Below are positions 34,043-41,753 of a DNA stretch of 42,554 nt, piece after piece. This stretch comes from an uncultured Anaerolineae bacterium (GTDB taxonomy: Bacteria; Chloroflexota; Anaerolineae; CAYNKW01), in assembly GCA_964453885.1 (NCBI GenBank), contig CAYVPU010000001.1:1-42554 (forward strand), written 5' to 3'. Every line of letters begins with the position of its first letter. The first letter of the stretch is position 1. The notes beneath the pieces were generated by a model that did no database searches, had not been told where the DNA came from, and saw only the letters and a program-made list of their open reading frames with translations. A program made the translations under genes and the position numbers.

Positions 34043-36567
34043 TGGCTTCCCCATCGCGACCAGGCCCATCCCTGGATCTTCCACTCCGCGTACTGCCGCA
34101 ATCTACCTTTGAACGCTGCCCAACCACCCGATCGCACGGCTCGCCATCCCTGGGCGAGACGCTGGTGCCACGAGCGCTCGGCTTCAGAGAAACTATCGCA
34201 TCGGGAAACGGTGGGAGGACGCCACAGTTGCTGGTCTGGAGCCAGGCGTGGCTGGCGGCAGAATTCGATCAGCGGCTCCAGGACGCGCTCCCACTGATAA
34301 CGCTCTCGCACTTGGGAAAAACTCTTGTGATACTGCTCCCGCAAATCAGACTTTGAGACCAGATCCAGGATCGCCTGGGCGACGCCTTCCACGTCGCCAA
34401 AGTCCACCACGTGCCCCAGGTTGTACTGCTGTACCAGCTCGCTGGTTACGTCGCCAGTGCTGACTATCATGGGCAATCCAGCCCAGATGTAATCGAGTAT
34501 CCGAGTCCGAAGGCTGTACCGCGTTTCTATGTGAGCAGCATGTAGACTAAGGCCGACGTCGGCTTCAAGAAGGTAGTTTTCCCTATCTTTGTAGGGCACC
34601 CAGTCGTTGAAAAAGACGTAACGGTCCCGCAAATTCAGTTGCTCGCTGAGGCGGACTGTCTCTTCAATCTTGCGCATATGCACGGTGTTGGGACTGGGAT
34701 GCCGAATCCCACCGAAAAAAAGCTTGACATCGGAGCGGTGTTTCACCACCACGTCCATGGCCCAGACGATGACCAGGGGGTCCAGCCAGTCGTAGATGCC
34801 ACCGCCCCATAGGAGCACTTTGTCGTCGGCATTTATGCCGGGCCAGACCCCTTTCAGCACTTGTTTTCTGTGGGCCGGGGAACGCTCGGGCAGTCCGAAT
34901 GCAGCCACGTCAATGAGCTTGCGCAGTTCTTGATCGTGAGCAAAGGTGTCGGGGTTTACGCGATTGAGGGCGCTCAATCTGCCCAGCCAATAGTCGCGCT
35001 GTTGCTCGCTGGCACAAAGGAAAAAGTCGCCAGTGACCAAGAGATCGTTGATAACCGAGGCCGATTTGTGGTGGGTGCTCCACCGAACCAAAGGATGTTG
35101 TTCGGAAAACAGGTGTAGGTTTTCCAGGTCGAAGGAATGGGAAAGAAGCACCACCAACGGGCGAGAGATTGTCCTCAGCCCCGGGTGTTTCTCGAGGACA
35201 TTGCCCGACGTCACGATGACATTAGAAGCCTCTGCCAGTCCCCGCAACGCGGCATCGTCGTACTCCACGATGGCAAAATCATTGGACGTGACGTCGCTGG
35301 CGTAAGGCGAGGCCAGGGTCACAGGGAAGTAGCGGCTGAGCACTCGCGCATACTCCCAATCCCGCGCCGCCTGCCCGGCCATCTTGCGTCCAATTCTGTC
35401 GTCGCTGACGATTAGCACGCGGTTGGCCGATCTCTCGCCGAGCAGCGACTCCAAGCCCCAGGCATCAACAAGAAAATCCTGCGTGGCCCGGTAGGTGTTC
35501 TGAGCCAAACTAGGCTCAAAGGGTTGGCCGAACCGCTCGAATATGTCGCTGTCGGGGCGGCGGCGGAGCGCCTGGACTGCCCGGCGTTTCTCCATGAAGC
35601 GGGGCATGAGGTCTACAACCTGACTGATGCTGGCAAAATTGTCCAAGAGTGACCGGCGCACGACGACAAGACCTTCGCCAGACATCTGCACCGGGATGGC
35701 GCGGGGCGAGTCGTACAGAAGGGGTTTCAGTTCACGGGATTCCGAGCGATACTGCGTGACGTCCTCAACTTGCGTCAAGTAGAGGCGGCGCACCCATAAC
35801 ATCAATGCCACCGGTAAGACCCGTTCCAGGTTGTGCTCATCGTAGTTCTTTACCAGGGCCAACAAGGCATCCCGCTCGTGGAGAAGAGAGCGATCACTTG
35901 CCGGCGTCTTTTCGGCCATCCGTGCGACGGCGGCGGGCACGTACATGACTTTGTAACCCATCACCCACAGTCGCCATCCCATGTCAAGATCGGCATAACT
36001 GCCCTGAAAATCCTCGTCAAACCCGCCGGCATCTAGAAAAATCTGGCGGTCTATGAGCATCGCCATGCTGCTCGGCGCGAGAACGGGCTCTGGTTGCATT
36101 GGGCCATGGAGTGAATCCCGAACGTCACGGGGAAACAGGTGTCCGTGAAAGTTTATGGTCACACTGCCCGATATGACTTTTTCACTCTCTTGGGTCAAAA
36201 TCCTCGAGGTCGCGCAGATTGCTTCGCCCGAGCGCAACGGTTCCATCAGCGCCGTGAGCCAGTTTGGGGATACCTGCAGATCGCTGTTCAGAAAAGCGAG
36301 CCATTCGCCCCGGGCAGCCTGAGCGGCCAGGTTGCGCACCCTGGAGACACTGAGGCTTTGGGGATACCGGACCACACGCAACTGCCGATAGCGAGATTGC
36401 GCACGCTTGACGGAGCCATCGGGGGACCCATGATCCACCAGGATCAACTCGAGACGATCTGGTGGATAGTCCAACGAGTGAAGGGTGGCCAGGCAGGCAT
36501 CCAATTGTGCCTTGCCATCATTATTCAAAACAAGCAGGCTAACCTGCGGGTGTCGTTCAGAGTCCAT
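34039..36567 (-). CDS. Bifunctional GT2-GT4 fusion glycosyltransferase
   Basis: 842 aa. The N-terminal half is GT2 (VSLLVLNNDG, LVDHGSPDGS, NSDLQV). From about ANRVLIVSDD (DNA near 35.4 kb) the C-terminal half is collinear with the stand-alone GT4-like 27393..28751 product. Confidence 0.85.
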   Translation of the reverse strand: MDSERHPQVSLLVLNNDGKAQLDACLATLHSLDYPPDRLELILVDHGSPDGSVKRAQSRYRQLRVVRYPQSLSVSRVRNLAAQAARGEWLAFLNSDLQVSPNWLTALMEPLRSGEAICATSRILTQESEKVISGSVTINFHGHLFPRDVRDSLHGPMQPEPVLAPSSMAMLIDRQIFLDAGGFDEDFQGSYADLDMGWRLWVMGYKVMYVPAAVARMAEKTPASDRSLLHERDALLALVKNYDEHNLERVLPVALMLWVRRLYLTQVEDVTQYRSESRELKPLLYDSPRAIPVQMSGEGLVVVRRSLLDNFASISQVVDLMPRFMEKRRAVQALRRRPDSDIFERFGQPFEPSLAQNTYRATQDFLVDAWGLESLLGERSANRVLIVSDDRIGRKMAGQAARDWEYARVLSRYFPVTLASPYASDVTSNDFAIVEYDDAALRGLAEASNVIVTSGNVLEKHPGLRTISRPLVVLLSHSFDLENLHLFSEQHPLVRWSTHHKSASVINDLLVTGDFFLCASEQQRDYWLGRLSALNRVNPDTFAHDQELRKLIDVAAFGLPERSPAHRKQVLKGVWPGINADDKVLLWGGGIYDWLDPLVIVWAMDVVVKHRSDVKLFFGGIRHPSPNTVHMRKIEETVRLSEQLNLRDRYVFFNDWVPYKDRENYLLEADVGLSLHAAHIETRYSLRTRILDYIWAGLPMIVSTGDVTSELVQQYNLGHVVDFGDVEGVAQAILDLVSKSDLREQYHKSFSQVRERYQWERVLEPLIEFCRQPRLAPDQQLWRPPTVSRCDSFSEAERSWHQRLAQGWRAVRSGGWAAFKGRLRQYAEWKIQGWAWSRWGSQ

Positions 36568-36598
36568 TATAGATGACCTTGTAACTCATTCCTAAACA

Positions 36599-37867
36599 TC
36601 ATCGCTCTGGATAGGGAAATGCTGCTAATTGGCGGCCATCCTTCGCGGTGAGATGCCAGGACGCGGGGATGTGAAACATGCCATGACGTTCCTTGATCTC
36701 TTTTGCGGGCACGACGATGAGCTCGGCGCAATAACGCCTAAAGTCGTAGGCGTGGAGTCCCTCGTAGTCGTGGATGGCAGCGGTGACCAGGTAACGGCCA
36801 GGCAACAGCGGCAGCGAGGGAATACGGTAGTCCATGTACCCAGAACCCTCAATGCTTCTTACCTCGTAACCAGAGAAGACATTATTGGGGCCGCTGACCT
36901 GGGCGCCGCTCTCGTGGTGAATGGCCAGCCCAAACTGGGGCTGCTCGATGCGCTGATGCGCCTGATAGTGCAGGCGCAAGGTTATTTCCTCTCCGGTGAC
37001 AAAGGCGCGCCGGGGTTTAGCCGCCGCATCGAGCAATTCAACCCGTTCCAGTTCCACCTCGCGGCTTCCCCAACGATGTGCTTTGTCAGTGGCATCGGCC
37101 GGCGCAAAGTCAGCTGTGCCCTGGGCCACTATACCATCCAGGTAAGCGTGGGTGACGCGCTCTACATCGCCGGCCGCCTGAATCTGCCCTTGCTCGACCC
37201 AGAGAGCTCTGTCGCACATGCTACGAATCTTTTCCAGTTCGTGAGATACAAAGAGCACGGTCACGCCTTGGCACTTCAACTCGCGGATCTTGTCCAGGCA
37301 TTTGTTCTGGAAGGTGTGATCGCCCACAGCCAGCACCTCGTCAATCAGCAGCACTTCGGGGTCCGAGTGGACGGCAATAGAGAATCCCAGGCGCATGTAC
37401 ATGCCCGAGGAATAAAGGCGCACCGGCGCATCAATGAATGAACCTATGCCGGCAAAGTCTGCGATGTTGTCAAAGCGCTTTTTGATCTTCCTCCGGCTCA
37501 GCCCCAGGATAGAGCCATTGAGAAAGACGTTCTCCCGCCCCGTCAGGTCAGGGTGAAAGCCAACGCCCAACTCTAGCAGTGCCGACACCCGTCCATGGGT
37601 GATGACTTGGCCGGAGGTAGGTTCGATGACCCGCGAGATGAGTTTGAGGATAGTACTCTTGCCCGCGCCGTTGGGGCCAACAAGGCCCACCATCTCGCCG
37701 GGTGACACTTGAAAGCTCACGTCCCGCAGCGCCCAAAACTCCTCGCGAGGGCCGTGCCCTTTGAGGCGGAGGACGTTCAGGGTCAACTCTTGGAAAGAGC
37801 GTGGCTTGTCCCGATGGATTAGAAATCGTTTTGAGACACGGTCAAGACGGACGGCCGGTTTAGTCAA
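36599..37867 (-). CDS. wzt: Polysaccharide ABC-transporter ATP-binding protein with C-terminal glycan-binding-type extension (Wzt-like)
   Basis: Walker A GPNGAGKST, signature YSSGMYMRLGF, Walker B LLIDEVLAVGD, then a beta-rich C-terminal domain of about 170 aa. The TTG start overlaps the upstream stop (TTGA at 37864..37867). Confidence 0.85.
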   Translation of the reverse strand: MTKPAVRLDRVSKRFLIHRDKPRSFQELTLNVLRLKGHGPREEFWALRDVSFQVSPGEMVGLVGPNGAGKSTILKLISRVIEPTSGQVITHGRVSALLELGVGFHPDLTGRENVFLNGSILGLSRRKIKKRFDNIADFAGIGSFIDAPVRLYSSGMYMRLGFSIAVHSDPEVLLIDEVLAVGDHTFQNKCLDKIRELKCQGVTVLFVSHELEKIRSMCDRALWVEQGQIQAAGDVERVTHAYLDGIVAQGTADFAPADATDKAHRWGSREVELERVELLDAAAKPRRAFVTGEEITLRLHYQAHQRIEQPQFGLAIHHESGAQVSGPNNVFSGYEVRSIEGSGYMDYRIPSLPLLPGRYLVTAAIHDYEGLHAYDFRRYCAELIVVPAKEIKERHGMFHIPASWHLTAKDGRQLAAFPYPER

Positions 37868-38547
37868 TGGTCTTCCTCAAAAAACAATCTGGTAGTCTGG
37901 CTAAGGAGCCATGCAGCACCACCGATGGTCGCCATGGCCAAGAGAATGTAAAGCCACCGCTCGCCCCAGATAGAGGGTTTATTCTCGACCAGGCGATCCA
38001 GCAGAGCTGTCGCCTTATCACGGTAAGACCCCTGATAGTAGGCCTGAAAGTGCAGATCCCCTCCTGCCGGTACGCCATTGCGAAACATCATTCCCTGCAG
38101 GTACAGGTCCCGAGGTTGCATCCAGATGGTGATGGCATCGCCTTCGACCGACGACGGGGATTCGACACAGAAGTAAAATGTCCGCCCCGCCGAGTCCGGG
38201 ATGGGCGAAAAAGTGAATGAATGATAAGCAAAGTCTTCCACCTCGCTGGCGTTAAGAGGCAGGGTAAAGACGTCGTCGGGCGCGTCCGGGGCCGTCTTTA
38301 GATAAAAGATCACCTCGCGCGCGTTTGGGCGGGCATATGTGCCCATAAAGATATCAATGCGGTGGAGGTGGTTGTAGCGAGCCAGAAAGGTCTGGCCCAC
38401 CGTCTCTCCGCTGACGATCTGGCCCACTGATTCGGTGTGGGTGTCTTGGGTTTCGATGGGCATTTGGATCTGATTCAGAGCCGAGTAGGCAACGATGACT
38501 AGACCCAAAGCAAGGGCAACCCAGGTGAATACCATCTCACGGCGCAT
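37864..38547 (-). CDS. Bitopic membrane protein: N-terminal TM, extracytoplasmic beta-domain, C-terminal TM (partner of the upstream GT-C)
   Basis: Start set at ATG 38547 (GGAG 9 nt upstream), giving MRREMVFTWVALALGLVIVAY. C-terminal helix WLYILLAMATIGGAAWLL. The middle domain is collinear with the N-terminal domain of the 20239..21603 product. Confidence 0.6.
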   Translation of the reverse strand: MRREMVFTWVALALGLVIVAYSALNQIQMPIETQDTHTESVGQIVSGETVGQTFLARYNHLHRIDIFMGTYARPNAREVIFYLKTAPDAPDDVFTLPLNASEVEDFAYHSFTFSPIPDSAGRTFYFCVESPSSVEGDAITIWMQPRDLYLQGMMFRNGVPAGGDLHFQAYYQGSYRDKATALLDRLVENKPSIWGERWLYILLAMATIGGAAWLLSQTTRLFFEEDH

Positions 38548-39997
38548 GGCTACTGCTCCGTTGAGAGTAGATGCGCACAGGGTTGAGTGGGTAGCCGATT
38601 TCAAAGAGTCGAGCCACAACTTTATATTCTCCCTTGAACCATTCACTCTGAATCATCTCGGCAAACCATCCTGCAGGGACAACCAGATAGTCTGGGTGAT
38701 AGTTCTCTACGGCCCAGAGGGTCGTATCGTCATACGTGCTTTCAGGAGCCATCTGCTTGGCGACCTCTGGTTGAATCAATCCGGCAAAGCCAATTATGGA
38801 ACGGCGAGCGTAATAGCCAATGATACCCACCTCAAGCATTCCTACTGTCGCATCTTGAGGCGTATTGGCAGCCAGCCACTGGCCAGCTTTTCGATAGGCG
38901 ACCTGGCGCCGATCTGAACGTTGCAAACGGTACATTGCAGATTTTGCCTGGGGAGCCAACAGTAAGAGTAGTCCCAGGACCAACAACGCTGGTGCGTAGG
39001 GGCGCAGCAAACGACAACGCCTGGCAATCCACCGCGAAAACGCCACAAGACCCAAGCTTGCCAGTAGTGCGATGGCGGGAGCCAAGGGCCCATAATACCA
39101 AAAATACCGTGAGACGCCCAGAAAAACGTAGGCCAGGAGATACAATCCCGTCCAGAGCAACAAGGGCACCCACTTCCACAGCCGGTTACCGATCACCCAC
39201 GCTGTCCCAAGGATGATAAAGGGAGCGTAGAGGCAATAGAGGGGCACCTTCCCATAGTTGCGCAACAGCCTTGAGAATCCCTGCCAAAAACTGTCGCTGA
39301 TCAGCATGGTGGCCTGTTGCTGCTTGGTGAGTAGGGTGGTGGGAAAAGGTGAACCGAAAAAGAACCAAGCATAAAGATACCAAGGGGCTATCATCAATCC
39401 ATACAAGAGAATCTGTCGCCAGGGGATTCGCCGATGGGTGACTAGATAATGGAATCCCAGAACAGCGGCCACCAGAACACCATCGGTGCGGCTGAGGGCC
39501 ATCAAAGCAGCAAAGAGAGCTGCAAGACTAAGATGATCGGCGGCGTAATAATAGAACGCACCCAGGCCCAGCATGGTGTAAAAGCACGTCTCAGCGCCAA
39601 AAGTGGACAGCAAAAGCGGCGAAAGGCCAAATAACAAAGCCGCGCCAGCGCCCACAACCGGTTGACTCAACCGACGACACAGCAAGTAGAGAAACAAGGC
39701 ACCAATTTCCAGGCTCACTGCGCAGAGAAGGTTGCTCAAGCGGGGCAAATCTAGCCAGACATGTCCCAGCAGAGCCAGCAACAGCGTGTACAGCGGAGTG
39801 GTCGTGCTTTGCACTCGCAGCCCCACATTGTAAACGAACCCACGGCCCTCCATCAGATTCCGCGCGTATCTGTACGTAATGAACGGATCATCGTACCCAT
39901 AGTCGGCCAAGCCCAGGAACAATAGCAAGGCCAGGCCAGCGACGGTGCACACCAATGCCAATGTATGGCGAGTCCCAACTGTCTGTAGTTGTGACAA
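38537..39997 (-). CDS. GT-C fold integral-membrane glycosyltransferase (ArnT/PMT_2-like)
   Basis: Multi-TM protein with the first-loop acidic motif YGYDDPFITYRYARNL and a soluble C-terminal domain. The start is set at TTG 39997, with GGAGG at 40010..40014. ORF-track starts at 40318/40165 lie upstream of the promoter at 40052..40080, and the 40318 start also overlaps xseA. Confidence 0.65.
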   Translation of the reverse strand: MSQLQTVGTRHTLALVCTVAGLALLLFLGLADYGYDDPFITYRYARNLMEGRGFVYNVGLRVQSTTTPLYTLLLALLGHVWLDLPRLSNLLCAVSLEIGALFLYLLCRRLSQPVVGAGAALLFGLSPLLLSTFGAETCFYTMLGLGAFYYYAADHLSLAALFAALMALSRTDGVLVAAVLGFHYLVTHRRIPWRQILLYGLMIAPWYLYAWFFFGSPFPTTLLTKQQQATMLISDSFWQGFSRLLRNYGKVPLYCLYAPFIILGTAWVIGNRLWKWVPLLLWTGLYLLAYVFLGVSRYFWYYGPLAPAIALLASLGLVAFSRWIARRCRLLRPYAPALLVLGLLLLLAPQAKSAMYRLQRSDRRQVAYRKAGQWLAANTPQDATVGMLEVGIIGYYARRSIIGFAGLIQPEVAKQMAPESTYDDTTLWAVENYHPDYLVVPAGWFAEMIQSEWFKGEYKVVARLFEIGYPLNPVRIYSQRSSSHAP

Positions 39998-40051
39998 AAT
40001 GAAAGCTAACCTCCAAGATGGCAACTCCTGGCACGGCCCAGAGCGGCAGCT

Positions 40052-40080
40052 ATTATAGCATCTTCTGGGGAGAAGTTCAA
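40052..40080 (-). promoter_or_regulatory. Near-consensus promoter heading the minus-strand glycan supercluster
   Basis: On the minus strand: TTGAAC (40075..40080), 17-nt spacer, TATAAT (40052..40057), with an extended TG. Confidence 0.55.
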
Positions 40081-40101
40081 ATCTTTCATTGTGGGTTTCA
40101 T

Positions 40102-40130
40102 TTGACAGTTTGGGCAACGTGAGATATGAT
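40102..40130 (+). promoter_or_regulatory. Near-consensus promoter for xseA
   Basis: TTGACA (40102..40107), 17-nt spacer, TATGAT (40125..40130). It lies 60 nt before ATG 40190, which has GGAGGG upstream. Confidence 0.55.
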
Positions 40131-40189
40131 AAGTGGGCGTGAAACGTGATCCGCAAGTCATGCATCACGACCCGTTGGAGGGATAGTCC

Positions 40190-41431
40190 ATGAGTATTAG
40201 AACACGGCGCAGACCATCCCAACTTGATCTCTTTGCCTCCTCCGCCGAGCCAATGACTGTGGCGCAAGTCACCCGCTACGTCAAGAGCTTGCTCGACGGC
40301 GACTATGTCCTCCAGCATTTGTGGGTGGAGGGCGAGGTCTCTAACTTTAGGGTGACGGCCTCAGGACACGCCTATTTCACCCTGAAAGACGACCAGGCCA
40401 GCCTGCGCTGCGTCATGTGGCGCTCCGATGTGAGACAGCAAGACATGCTGCCGCAGGACGGTCAGTCGGTGCTGGCCCATGGACGAATCTCGGTCTATGA
40501 GACAGCAGGGGCCTACCAACTTTACGTGGATCACATCCAACTGGCTGGCGTGGGCCGTCTGTACCTGGAATTCGAGGCCCTCAAGCGGCGGCTGGCCGAA
40601 GAGGGCCTTTTCGACACGGCGAGAAAGCGTGCCCTGCCATCTTTTCCCCGGCGGCTGGGCGTCGTCACCTCGCCGACAGCGGCGGCGCTGCAGGACATTC
40701 TCAATGTGCTGAACCGGCGCTACCCACTCGCGCAGGTGGTGCTGTCGCCCACACTCGTGCAGGGTGACCAGGCTCCGCCCCAAATCGTGGCCGCCATCCA
40801 GTCCCTCAACGACTATTCCGACGTGGATGTAATCATCATCGCCCGGGGCGGTGGATCGCTGGAAGACCTATGGGCCTTTAACGACGAGCGGGTAGCGCGG
40901 GCCATAACAGCCTCGCGCGTGCCGGTGGTCTCGGGCGTGGGACACGAAGTGGATTTTACCATCGCCGATTTTGCGGCCGATGTGCGCGCACCAACTCCCT
41001 CGGCGGCGGCCGAGTTGGCCGTGCCGGACAGGGCAGAGTTGCAAGCCGCCGTGCGCAGACAGTGGATGCGCCTGGCCGGAGTGCTGCAGAGGTGGCTAGC
41101 CGAGCGCCGTCAGTTGCTTGCTAACCTGGCACAAGGCCTTCAGCGCAACTCGCCCGTGGGACGCATCCAAAGCCTCCGACAACGCGTGGATGAACTGTTC
41201 CAGGTCAGCAGCGTCCGCCTGGGGCATCTGTTGGCCCTGCGGCGGGAGCGGTTCAACGGTTTGGTCGGCCGGCTGGTGACACTGAGCCCCTTTGCCACAT
41301 TGGAGCGTGGCTATGCCATTGTTCGCCACAAAGATACCAGGCGCGTGGTGACATCGGTAAAGCAGGTAGTCTCCGGCGAACTCGTCGTCGTCTGCGTACA
41401 AGATGGCGAGTTTGATGCCACGGTGGGTTAG
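40190..41431 (+). CDS. xseA: Exodeoxyribonuclease VII large subunit
   Basis: 413 aa. N-terminal OB-fold region (VWVEGEVSNF, GHAYFTLKD), catalytic central domain and coiled-coil C-terminus are typical of XseA. Confidence 0.95.
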   Translation: MSIRTRRRPSQLDLFASSAEPMTVAQVTRYVKSLLDGDYVLQHLWVEGEVSNFRVTASGHAYFTLKDDQASLRCVMWRSDVRQQDMLPQDGQSVLAHGRISVYETAGAYQLYVDHIQLAGVGRLYLEFEALKRRLAEEGLFDTARKRALPSFPRRLGVVTSPTAAALQDILNVLNRRYPLAQVVLSPTLVQGDQAPPQIVAAIQSLNDYSDVDVIIIARGGGSLEDLWAFNDERVARAITASRVPVVSGVGHEVDFTIADFAADVRAPTPSAAAELAVPDRAELQAAVRRQWMRLAGVLQRWLAERRQLLANLAQGLQRNSPVGRIQSLRQRVDELFQVSSVRLGHLLALRRERFNGLVGRLVTLSPFATLERGYAIVRHKDTRRVVTSVKQVVSGELVVVCVQDGEFDATVG

Positions 41432-41507
41432 TACCTACAGCGTCGCTTCGCTCCTCAGAATGAAAGTCACGTTGTAGGGTTAGACAGAAATAGAGAGAGA
41501 AGTAAAG

Positions 41508-41750
41508 ATGAGTGAGAAGAAAGACAAAGAACCAACCTTTGAGGCCGCCTTTCAAGAGTTGGAAGAAACCGTGCAACGCCTGGAAAACGGTGAACTGACC
41601 CTGGACGAAGCCATCGCTCTCTTTGAGCGGGGCCAGGTGTTGGCCCGGCTGTGCGACGAGAAGCTGGAACAGGCAGAGCTGCGAGTAGACCAACTGCTGC
41701 CCGACGCCGACGGAGGCTATCGCAAAGCGCCTTTTGAAAGGGATGCATAA
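41508..41750 (+). CDS. xseB: Exodeoxyribonuclease VII small subunit
   Basis: 80 aa. The FEAAFQELEETVQRLENGELTLDEAIALFERG motif is typical of XseB, and it lies directly after xseA. Confidence 0.9.
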   Translation: MSEKKDKEPTFEAAFQELEETVQRLENGELTLDEAIALFERGQVLARLCDEKLEQAELRVDQLLPDADGGYRKAPFERDA

Positions 41751-41753
41751 CCC

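Noticed and set aside
39998-40318. Longer N-terminal extension of the GT-C gene (starts at 40165 or 40318)
   Set aside because: The 40318 extension overlaps the xseA coding region, and both extensions cover the two promoters. The translated extension has an unprotein-like composition. A TTG at 39997 with a GGAGG RBS lies downstream of the minus-strand promoter.
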